Below, in pieces: positions 57,243-64,000 of a DNA stretch of 64,000 nucleotides. The stretch covers positions 1-64,000 of the IMG/VR virus record IMGVR_UViG_3300008113_000015, one strand, 5' to 3'. The notes below the pieces were generated by a model. It had not been told where the DNA came from and made no database searches. It saw nothing but the letters and a program-made list of their open reading frames with translations. The DNA is from an uncultured virus (IMG/VR IMGVR_UViG_3300008113_000015) (Duplodnaviria; Heunggongvirae; Uroviricota; Caudoviricetes). Both the position numbers and the translations under genes were made by a program. Every line of letters begins with the position of its first letter. Within the stretch, counting starts at the first letter, position 1.

Positions 57243-57743
57243 TCACCATGCTTTGTTGTAGTCTACAATTTCGCAGTTGCGACTGACGTCTTTGACAAAG
57301 TAAACGCATTCAGGATTGTCGCCGTCAGTAATTGGCACCGCTAACAATTGTCCATTTTTTAACTTTGGTGCATACCAAGACACTTCGTGATAGACATCTA
57401 AGATTTCAATGTCAGGAAAACTAGGTCTAAAACTACTAAGTGGGTTGAATTGGAATACCTTGAACCCACGGTCATTGATTGAAGTTAATGGTAACACTTC
57501 AAGATCACCCATGTCGGGTTCTCCTATCAGGACCTGCCAGTCCATGGGCATACGAATAGTATGTTCTCCAATGCGTAACACCAGAGCTGGCGAATTAAAA
57601 CTTTCTAAAAATATTAGAGGAATAAAATAATAGTCTGGTTCAGCAGGATTAGAGTTGTCTAATATGCTGAAACGCATGTCGTCTATTTCTTCAGGAAGAT
57701 GATCTAGATCGTAGGTTTGATTGTCAAGTGTAAGAATTCTCAT
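57243..57743 (-). CDS. conserved phage hypothetical protein (leaderless)
   Basis: TTGACT-N17-TAAAAT-N6-ATG (57750-57778). Confidence 0.75.
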   Translation of the reverse strand: MRILTLDNQTYDLDHLPEEIDDMRFSILDNSNPAEPDYYFIPLIFLESFNSPALVLRIGEHTIRMPMDWQVLIGEPDMGDLEVLPLTSINDRGFKVFQFNPLSSFRPSFPDIEILDVYHEVSWYAPKLKNGQLLAVPITDGDNPECVYFVKDVSRNCEIVDYNKAW

Positions 57744-57792
57744 ATCATTATTTTACAGGTTCCTATACATAAAGTCAACTATATAGTATAGT

Positions 57793-58560
57793 ATGATTAC
57801 CAAAACATCAATTTATTATCAAGAAGATCTTGCACCAGCATTTGAATTGTCACCGTTTTTATCGCATGGCACCTGCACAGTATGCAACAAAAACACAGAG
57901 TTTGCAATTGACTCTGATTATCCTGACTTGTTTATGACCTACCGGGAAAGTGCTAGATGTGTGCAATGCAATCTAATAGCCAGACAACGTGTGGTCATGA
58001 CTGCTGTAAAACTTTTTGCTCAGCCTGGAAATGTTGTTTACTTACAAGAACAAGTGACCAGCAGCTATGAATGGGCGGTAAAAAATCTCACTGAGTGTAC
58101 TGTAATTGGCAGCGAGTATGTGCCCAATGGCGGTCCGCCTGACATACGCCACGAGAATGTCGAAAGTTTGTCATTTGCTGATGCTAGCACGGATATTATT
58201 GTGAGTCAAGATGTATTCGAACATGTGGCCAATCCCTGGCAAGGGTTTGCTGAATGTTATAGAGTGCTTATTCCTGGTGGCCGTATGTTTATGACCATTC
58301 CCTTTGCCGGCGATCCTGCTCATCTTACTGTTGATCGTGTGAAACAAGGACTACCTGATCGTTATCACGGCAATCCACTCAACGACCAAGGTAGTCTAGT
58401 GTATTCAGATTTTGGCTGGGATCTAGTGAGACGACTAAAAAAAATCGGCTTTGCAGTAGAAATGTCTGTGTATCGTTGTAGTGAACTGGGCTGGGCTAGT
58501 CCTATACTGCTGTTCGAGTTGATCAAGCCAGTTTCATCCAATCCAGTCGTTCCTGTGTGA
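57793..58560 (+). CDS. class I SAM methyltransferase-like protein with N-terminal zinc ribbon
   Basis: CTVC..CVQC; DVFEHV, RVLIPGG. Confidence 0.75.
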   Translation: MITKTSIYYQEDLAPAFELSPFLSHGTCTVCNKNTEFAIDSDYPDLFMTYRESARCVQCNLIARQRVVMTAVKLFAQPGNVVYLQEQVTSSYEWAVKNLTECTVIGSEYVPNGGPPDIRHENVESLSFADASTDIIVSQDVFEHVANPWQGFAECYRVLIPGGRMFMTIPFAGDPAHLTVDRVKQGLPDRYHGNPLNDQGSLVYSDFGWDLVRRLKKIGFAVEMSVYRCSELGWASPILLFELIKPVSSNPVVPV

Positions 58561-59992
58561 AAGGATAATTGGCTTCTTTGTAGTAGGCTTTGCGCTTGGT
58601 CAAGTGGCGTTTAGCAAACTTGCAAGTGCTAGTTACATCCCAGATCTCCACATGATCTTTATCTTCCGCCTTACGTATGCCACGGCCAATCGACTGAATG
58701 ACTCTAGTAAAACTCTTACCAGACTCAACCATAACCAAATTAAAAATACGGGGGATGTTAATACCAACAGCAGCCACCCCATATGTTGCCACAATGATTT
58801 TATCTGTTGCTTCAGCCACTTCATCATATTCGCTTTGTCTATCTTTGGATTTTGTTGCGCCCGACACAAACACCGCCCGGTCCCCTAGTCTTTCAACCAA
58901 GGCATGTCCAGCAGCCACACGATCCACCAGCACCAAGGTATTGCCTGTTTCGTTTACTTGACGGACCAATGCCGCTATAGCATCCAGTCGGCCTGACTCT
59001 TCCAGCAAATACTTTAGTTCTTTTTGATAGTCTGCAAACTCCACATGATCCATTAGTTGCACAATGTTGACGTGACACTGCGCTAACACTCCTTGCTGTT
59101 GTAATTCGTTGGCCGACAGTCTACCTATCACAGGACCCAAGCTAACCAACAGTGCTTGGCTTTCGAACTTTTCTTTTGGCACAGTACCTGTTAAACCCCA
59201 ACGAATTGGCACTTGCGCCATTACACTGGTCAGCAGGGTTTTTAATGCATCTGCTTTGGCCATGTGTACTTCATCTACCATGACACATACCACACCCTCA
59301 ATAAAATCCTGTATGGTGCAATCGCCTACACCGGCTTTGGTGTTCTTCAACAGCACATTGAGACTTTGCCAGGTACATATGGTATGTGTACGACCCCACT
59401 CTTTGCGATCACCAAAATATACACCAACATCCAGGCCCAAGTTTACATAATCCCGTTCAGTCTGGCGCACAAGATCTTTGTTGGGCACAATAACAATTGA
59501 TCTACCATGTGCTTCCACTGCGGCACTCAGCGTAGCAGTCATAATTGTTTTGCCGGCGCCTGTGGCCACTTCTTGTATGCACTGCGGATTTTGTAGGAAG
59601 TTATTGATGATTTCAACTTGATAATCACGCAACATCACAGGCTGCCCCTCAGCAGGATGTCCTTTGGGCCAGGTCTTGTGAGCCCAGGTAAGCTCTTCCA
59701 CTACATTAAAATCAAATGTATTAGAATATGTACGTTGGTCATCTAGCTCGATATCGTAGTCGTACTGTTCTAAAATAGGAATGATTTCGGGCAGTAAGTT
59801 TGTGTATGTAGATCCACCTAGTTGGAAGTAACTGACTTTGCCGTCCCATCGTCCTAGGCGTACTGCTGGAAGATACCTTGCATAAGGCACATCATATTTG
59901 AAGGTGTTTACTAATTTCTTACGACAGTCTAGATCCAGACCTTCAATCTTGATGTTGACTTCGTCACGTATTTGTATTGTGCATTGTTTCAT
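58523..59992 (-). CDS. SF2 helicase (UvsW-like)
   Basis: LRDYQ, ATGAGKT, DEVH, GLTGT, QSIGRGIR. Confidence 0.92.
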   Translation of the reverse strand: MKQCTIQIRDEVNIKIEGLDLDCRKKLVNTFKYDVPYARYLPAVRLGRWDGKVSYFQLGGSTYTNLLPEIIPILEQYDYDIELDDQRTYSNTFDFNVVEELTWAHKTWPKGHPAEGQPVMLRDYQVEIINNFLQNPQCIQEVATGAGKTIMTATLSAAVEAHGRSIVIVPNKDLVRQTERDYVNLGLDVGVYFGDRKEWGRTHTICTWQSLNVLLKNTKAGVGDCTIQDFIEGVVCVMVDEVHMAKADALKTLLTSVMAQVPIRWGLTGTVPKEKFESQALLVSLGPVIGRLSANELQQQGVLAQCHVNIVQLMDHVEFADYQKELKYLLEESGRLDAIAALVRQVNETGNTLVLVDRVAAGHALVERLGDRAVFVSGATKSKDRQSEYDEVAEATDKIIVATYGVAAVGINIPRIFNLVMVESGKSFTRVIQSIGRGIRKAEDKDHVEIWDVTSTCKFAKRHLTKRKAYYKEANYPFTQERLDWMKLA

Positions 59993-60852
59993 TCTAATGT
60001 TACTTTTGTTACATGCTGGCGCTGGGCAATTTCGGCTAGTAAGGTACTGCGTGACACCGTCTCGACCAGCTGGGCAAGAGGGAAACGCAATGGTAGTGCT
60101 CTTGTATTATACACGTTTTCTATGCCACGAGCAAGGAAAAATTCTTGGTGTTCCTGTATGTATTTTGCCATGCTGGGTGTTTTAGACTCTAGGTCTTGAT
60201 TGTAAAATGCCACATTGAAATCGGCACTGTAGTGATCAAATGGACGGAACGCATCGTCGCCAATGTATTGGTCATTGTCGTGCGCAAGGTCTTCTACAGT
60301 CTTGCCTATCTCAGCATAGTTCAAATACACAGTGCCAAATCGTATTTTCATTGTGCCATGTTGTCGTTGTAGCACAGGATCCAATTGTTGTGTCTTGGGC
60401 ATGCCGTACCAGGTACACACAAACCTATGTGGGTTAGTACCCAGTACACTTTCACATCTATGCACTGCTATGTTTAAAGAAGCCAAGGCCTCACGAACTG
60501 GCACTGGCGCACGATGCCAGAATCTTGTGTTTTGTTGATCTAACAGTCCGTGATACTGCTCAAAGATATTGTGCAGATAGTTCAAACAATTTTGATCAAA
60601 TGTAAATGGATGCCGTATGATGTACTCATAGGAGTTTATGGTTTCAATGCATTGTTTAATCATGTCAATAGCACGGGCAGTTTCCTCTGCAGGAGTGCCG
60701 AATCCATAAAATCTATCTGGATGATCTAGAGGCCACGCATCGCGCTGACTCATACGTTCTAGCCATAGCTCAGTTATGGGATTGGCTAGCAGTTGGAATC
60801 GTAGTGTTAAAGGGGAGTCATGGCCTAACTCAATAAGCAAGTGTTGAGGCAT
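59989..60852 (-). CDS. hypothetical protein (leaderless)
   Basis: TTGACT-N17-TATACT-N5-ATG sets the start at MPQHLL. Confidence 0.7.
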   Translation of the reverse strand: MPQHLLIELGHDSPLTLRFQLLANPITELWLERMSQRDAWPLDHPDRFYGFGTPAEETARAIDMIKQCIETINSYEYIIRHPFTFDQNCLNYLHNIFEQYHGLLDQQNTRFWHRAPVPVREALASLNIAVHRCESVLGTNPHRFVCTWYGMPKTQQLDPVLQRQHGTMKIRFGTVYLNYAEIGKTVEDLAHDNDQYIGDDAFRPFDHYSADFNVAFYNQDLESKTPSMAKYIQEHQEFFLARGIENVYNTRALPLRFPLAQLVETVSRSTLLAEIAQRQHVTKVTLE

Positions 60853-60884
60853 ATACAAGTATATAGCACAATACAATTGAAGTC

Positions 60885-60917
60885 AAAAAAGCAGGTACCT
60901 TTTTAGGGGTACCTGCT
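60885..60917 (-). terminator. intrinsic terminator
   Basis: AGCAGGTACC/GGTACCTGCT plus T-run. Confidence 0.85.
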
Positions 60918-60970
60918 GTAAAGCCTGGGCCGGAGCCAACCGTATAGTGCCCAGGAAAAAAGGAAATGAA

Positions 60971-61075
60971 CTACCTCACCACTACCACTTGAAAACCTTG
61001 TTGCTGTTGTTCGTCTGCTTCATCTTTGGTATCCACAGCAAACAAAAACAACTCACCATCATAAATTTTGTACAT
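60971..61075 (-). CDS. 34-aa acidic peptide
   Basis: MYKIYDGELFLFAVDTKDEADE...; AAGGA RBS. Confidence 0.55.
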   Translation of the reverse strand: MYKIYDGELFLFAVDTKDEADEQQQQGFQVVVVR

Positions 61076-61083
61076 AGTGTTCC

Positions 61084-61236
61084 TTAAAAAATAGCATTTG
61101 CGGCTGCCGCGGCATTCCAGGCGCTGAACACAATGTTCATCCAGCCCAACCCGTTGTGACCTGCTTCAAAATCTCGTTTGGCCCATTTAAGCATGAGCCA
61201 GGCAAGAAAAATATTTAAAATAGTCCAACCACTCAT
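61084..61236 (-). CDS. 50-aa membrane peptide
   Basis: MSGWTILNIFLAWLMLKW...; ATGA coupling. Confidence 0.55.
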   Translation of the reverse strand: MSGWTILNIFLAWLMLKWAKRDFEAGHNGLGWMNIVFSAWNAAAAANAIF

Positions 61237-61340
61237 GCTATCACCGCAATCAAAAATATAAACAAAGCCACAACAGGGTGTCCAAACAACAAGGCCATCA
61301 TGGCAAGTATAGTGCCAAAGAAAGCCTTGTCGGAGCCCAT
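61233..61340 (-). CDS. 35-aa hydrophobic peptide
   Basis: MGSDKAFFGTILAMMALLFGHPVVALFIFLIAVIA; TAATG coupling. Confidence 0.5.
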   Translation of the reverse strand: MGSDKAFFGTILAMMALLFGHPVVALFIFLIAVIA

Positions 61341-62362
61341 TAAGCTGCCTTCATGCAAGTTGTCTCTGACATGCGCTTCCAGTTGTTAGGGAAGCTCTTG
61401 CGCAGGTCTGCAATCTTGAGCGCCATGCGCAAGGATACCTCACGCAACCGATCTTTGTTGGCATGCATAAAGTCAATAATGTCGTCTTGTGCATACTCGT
61501 TAAAGTCGTAGTCGGCAAACAACACACCGTCTTTGGCAATCTGTTTGATACGCAAGAGCTTGTCACGCATGGTGTCCAAGGTCAAGTCCAGATAGTGGCA
61601 ACGACTTTGCAAGGCGTCCAAGTGGTCACGCAATTTTTGCGACTTCATCTTGTCGAACTTCAAGTTAGTGATGAAGATAACGCTACCTTTGAACTCAAAG
61701 CGGTCTGGGATACCCTCACGGCGCAGGGCACTGCTCTCTGACAACCAGCTAATAGTACGCTTCTTACCTGAGTCCAAGGCACCCTTGAGCAAGTTAAGAG
61801 CAACGTCATCCAACAAGATGCTGTCACAGTCGTCAAACACAACCACACAATTGGCGTCACTGTACTTGTACAGAGTCTGGTACAGACCAATGGGGGTTGC
61901 TGAGCCTTTGACTACCTCAGCACGGAGGCGCTTGCCTGCCAGCTTGTCAAACATTGTGGCCTTGTCAATTTCTTGCTCAACGCCAAAGCTCTTGCCCACG
62001 CCAGGAGGGCCGCTCACAATCATAGCACGGATGTCACCACTCACTGTGGCCTTTGTCATCTCGTGCAGGATGTCAAAACGCTCACGGATACGATCCATGG
62101 CCTCGTCGTCTGTCTCGACTACTGTGGGCTTCTCAAAATGTACTGTATTGTCTTGCATGGCATCTCCTGTTACATATTCAAAATCTTGGATGGAATCTAC
62201 TTTGATACGCACGGTATCTGGGCAGTTGGGGAAGTTACCATCATTCTTGACAGTAACATAATTGCCTTTGGCGCCTGAGGCATAGCCTGACACCAAAGTA
62301 AAAGCAATATTGCGGACGGGCTTGTTACGATACTTACCCTTAATGATACGAATGGCACTCAT
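61340..62362 (-). CDS. AAA+ ATPase (early)
   Basis: GPPGVGKS, VFDDCD, FITN, ALQSR. Confidence 0.85.
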   Translation of the reverse strand: MSAIRIIKGKYRNKPVRNIAFTLVSGYASGAKGNYVTVKNDGNFPNCPDTVRIKVDSIQDFEYVTGDAMQDNTVHFEKPTVVETDDEAMDRIRERFDILHEMTKATVSGDIRAMIVSGPPGVGKSFGVEQEIDKATMFDKLAGKRLRAEVVKGSATPIGLYQTLYKYSDANCVVVFDDCDSILLDDVALNLLKGALDSGKKRTISWLSESSALRREGIPDRFEFKGSVIFITNLKFDKMKSQKLRDHLDALQSRCHYLDLTLDTMRDKLLRIKQIAKDGVLFADYDFNEYAQDDIIDFMHANKDRLREVSLRMALKIADLRKSFPNNWKRMSETTCMKAA

Positions 62363-62392
62363 GGTTGGCTCCTTGTTGTGCGTTAAAATTAA

Positions 62393-62421
62393 ATTATAGC
62401 AGATGTTGAATTAAGCGTCAA
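62393..62421 (-). promoter_or_regulatory. sigma70-type early promoter
   Basis: TTGACG-N17-TATAAT. Confidence 0.85.
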
Positions 62422-62812
62422 CCTTGACAGCCTCAATTCCAAACTGTTCGAGCAACACGGCTCGGCAGGCATCTACGGTGCGTTTAGTTACCACTACCTT
62501 GCCGCCCATGAATCCCACATAGAGATTTCGGTGTGTTACAAACTTGATCTCACCATCGGCACCTGTGTGCTTTTGACGAGCGGCAGGTTTGGCTGTCGCT
62601 GTCTTGGCAGGTGCCTTTGCAGGCTTTTCTGCTTTGGCAGGCACTGCCGCAGGCACTGGTGCTACCAGCTTAGGTGCGGCATTGACAGACCCATGCTTCT
62701 TGTCATACTTGGCAATCTGCTCTGGAGTCATGCCCCAAGTGGCTAACAGACGTTTGACTTCTGTACCGGGCAGTTGATTCCAGTGGATGATTTTGTCGGT
62801 CCAGTTCTGCAT
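62411..62812 (-). CDS. hypothetical early protein with A/K/P linker
   Basis: AGGAGCC RBS. Confidence 0.7.
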   Translation of the reverse strand: MQNWTDKIIHWNQLPGTEVKRLLATWGMTPEQIAKYDKKHGSVNAAPKLVAPVPAAVPAKAEKPAKAPAKTATAKPAARQKHTGADGEIKFVTHRNLYVGFMGGKVVVTKRTVDACRAVLLEQFGIEAVKVDA

Positions 62813-62840
62813 TGTGGCTCCTTTTAGTTACTATACAAGT

Positions 62841-62869
62841 ATTATAACAAATTGGCAATTATTGGTCAA
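62841..62869 (-). promoter_or_regulatory. sigma70-type early promoter
   Basis: TTGACC-N17-TATAAT. Confidence 0.85.
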
Positions 62870-62874
62870 CCGTT

Positions 62875-63054
62875 TTACGCAGAAGCAAACAACTTGCCCA
62901 TTTCGCGGAAAACTACACGGCTTGCACGAAGCTGGTCAAATGTGAGATCGTCCTCACCGCTGTCTTGCATCTGTTGCAGGGTTTCCAGCAGTCCGGGCAA
63001 GGCCCAATCTTTTTGGTATTGCTGGACAACTTGCATGGCTTGTTCGAAGTTCAT
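62875..63054 (-). CDS. 59-aa early protein (not in ORF track)
   Basis: MNFEQAMQVVQQY...GLLETL...VFREMGKLF; AGGAGCC RBS. Confidence 0.7.
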   Translation of the reverse strand: MNFEQAMQVVQQYQKDWALPGLLETLQQMQDSGEDDLTFDQLRASRVVFREMGKLFASA

Positions 63055-63085
63055 TTGTGGCTCCTTTGTTTCTTACTATGCTTAT

Positions 63086-63114
63086 ATTATAGCAAAATGG
63101 GAATATTCGGTCAA
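63086..63114 (-). promoter_or_regulatory. sigma70-type early promoter
   Basis: TTGACC-N17-TATAAT. Confidence 0.85.
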
Positions 63115-63166
63115 CCAGCTAAAACTGCTGAAATTTTCAGCAGTTTTTGTGGTATTTTTGCAACAT

Positions 63167-63376
63167 TTAGCCGTTGCGACGGGCTAACAGACGTACAAAG
63201 TCTTGTTGCAATTCTGCAACATCTTCGTTTGACACATAGAAGTCAGTGGTAGGATCGTAGTACTCGCCTGCTTTGGGATCGTAGTACAGAACCTGACCGT
63301 TGGGGTAGTGGAAAGGACCTTCTAAGCCCTTGCGTGGACCGTATTCCTTGTTGTGCTTGAAAACGATGTAGCTCAT
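63167..63376 (-). CDS. small early protein
   Basis: GLEGPF...LYYDPKAGEYYDP; AGGAGCC RBS. Confidence 0.75.
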   Translation of the reverse strand: MSYIVFKHNKEYGPRKGLEGPFHYPNGQVLYYDPKAGEYYDPTTDFYVSNEDVAELQQDFVRLLARRNG

Positions 63377-63402
63377 GGTGGCTCCTTTGTTGCTATGTTG
63401 TT

Positions 63403-63431
63403 ATTATAGCAAATTGGGTATTTTGGGTCAA
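63403..63431 (-). promoter_or_regulatory. sigma70-type early promoter
   Basis: TTGACC-N17-TATAAT. Confidence 0.85.
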
Positions 63432-63435
63432 CCTT

Positions 63436-64000
63436 TTATTGCCACAGATCTTGTACTACTTTTTCGTTAATTTCGTGCGGTTTTGGGTGCCCGTGAAAAA
63501 CTAATACTGAAGTACGCGGGTCAATGTTGATGCCTGCGCCCGGTATCTTGTGACGACGCCGAGGAAAATCATACCCGCCGTCCACACACTGCCAGCGCCA
63601 ACTTTGAAACTGCCAGTCTGGCATGAGTCTGTAGCGGTTAACTCCCAGTTGATGTTGTATGTAATCTTGATCACCTGGGTAGCGGCGCATAGTGGTAGCC
63701 AAGTCTTTGGTGTTGAATTCGTCCCATAACCAGCTTACATTGGGCACATTAAACCACATCACACTGCTGTTAAGTCCTTGTTTGGTTGGCGTTTGCAAAT
63801 AACGAAAATCTCTAATAGCCCAGAGATAATTGAGATCTAATTTTGTGATCCAATCAATTTCACGCACAATCACAGTGTCAAGATCAAAGTACAGTAAATT
63901 GCCATTGAACAAATCTCGGTTGAACAACTGTAGCTTGTACCACCACGATTTCTTGGGCCCTGATACTCCGGGCCATTCTTCCAGGCAGTGCTTGACCATG
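63436..64000 (-). CDS. GT-A glycosyltransferase (family 8-like), N-terminus outside window
   Basis: WWYKL.LF, YFDLD, NSSVM, GDQ, FHGHPKP. Confidence 0.8.
   Translation of the reverse strand, partial: MVKHCLEEWPGVSGPKKSWWYKLQLFNRDLFNGNLLYFDLDTVIVREIDWITKLDLNYLWAIRDFRYLQTPTKQGLNSSVMWFNVPNVSWLWDEFNTKDLATTMRRYPGDQDYIQHQLGVNRYRLMPDWQFQSWRWQCVDGGYDFPRRRHKIPGAGINIDPRTSVLVFHGHPKPHEINEKVVQDLWQ

Noticed and set aside
61650..62261. 203-aa + strand ORF (and similar ones at 1721-2233, 24149-24652, 53144-53830, 54879-55382)
   Set aside because: Antisense shadows of well-supported genes, with no RBS or recognisable motifs
1..64000. Stop-codon reassignment or tRNA genes
   Set aside because: Conserved genes are full length in the standard code and all three stops are used; no cloverleaf with a T-loop was found by eye in intergenic gaps (tRNAscan-SE would confirm)

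Overview
This is a 64 kb slice of a large, T4-like (myovirus-type) dsDNA phage genome. It is gene-dense, mostly minus-strand and uses the standard genetic code. A betaproteobacterial host is inferred from IscU/IscA, a DUF3563-like protein and a phasin-like protein. Core functions include a DnaB/gp41-type helicase, primase, UvsW-type helicase, ATP-dependent ligase, PD-(D/E)XK exonuclease, NrdA/NrdB/glutaredoxin, UvsE, PAAR and tail/baseplate proteins. Host-like cargo includes two ClpP, ClpX, ClpS, Hsp20, ribosomal protein bS21, an ArfA-like peptide, four radical SAM enzymes, and several 2OG-Fe(II) oxygenases, methyltransferases and glycosyltransferases. Two promoter classes can be read directly from the sequence: near-consensus sigma70 (TTGAC-N18-TATAAT) and T4-late-like TAAATA. 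The best leads are (i) a candidate PHA-granule module (phasin-like gene, PhaR-type operator, divergent AAKP-repeat protein); (ii) a ~195-nt pseudoknotted RNA behind its own promoter; (iii) a ROSE-like leader shared by hsp20 and the phasin gene; (iv) a 186-aa minimal DnaE catalytic core; (v) a nucleotidyltransferase/ligase-like fusion; (vi) many leaderless genes alongside bS21 and an anti-SD hairpin. Two genes look interrupted: the UDP-sugar dehydrogenase and a virion protein. No tRNA, CRISPR array, RT/DGR or intein was seen. All family calls come from reading motifs by eye, not from database searches.
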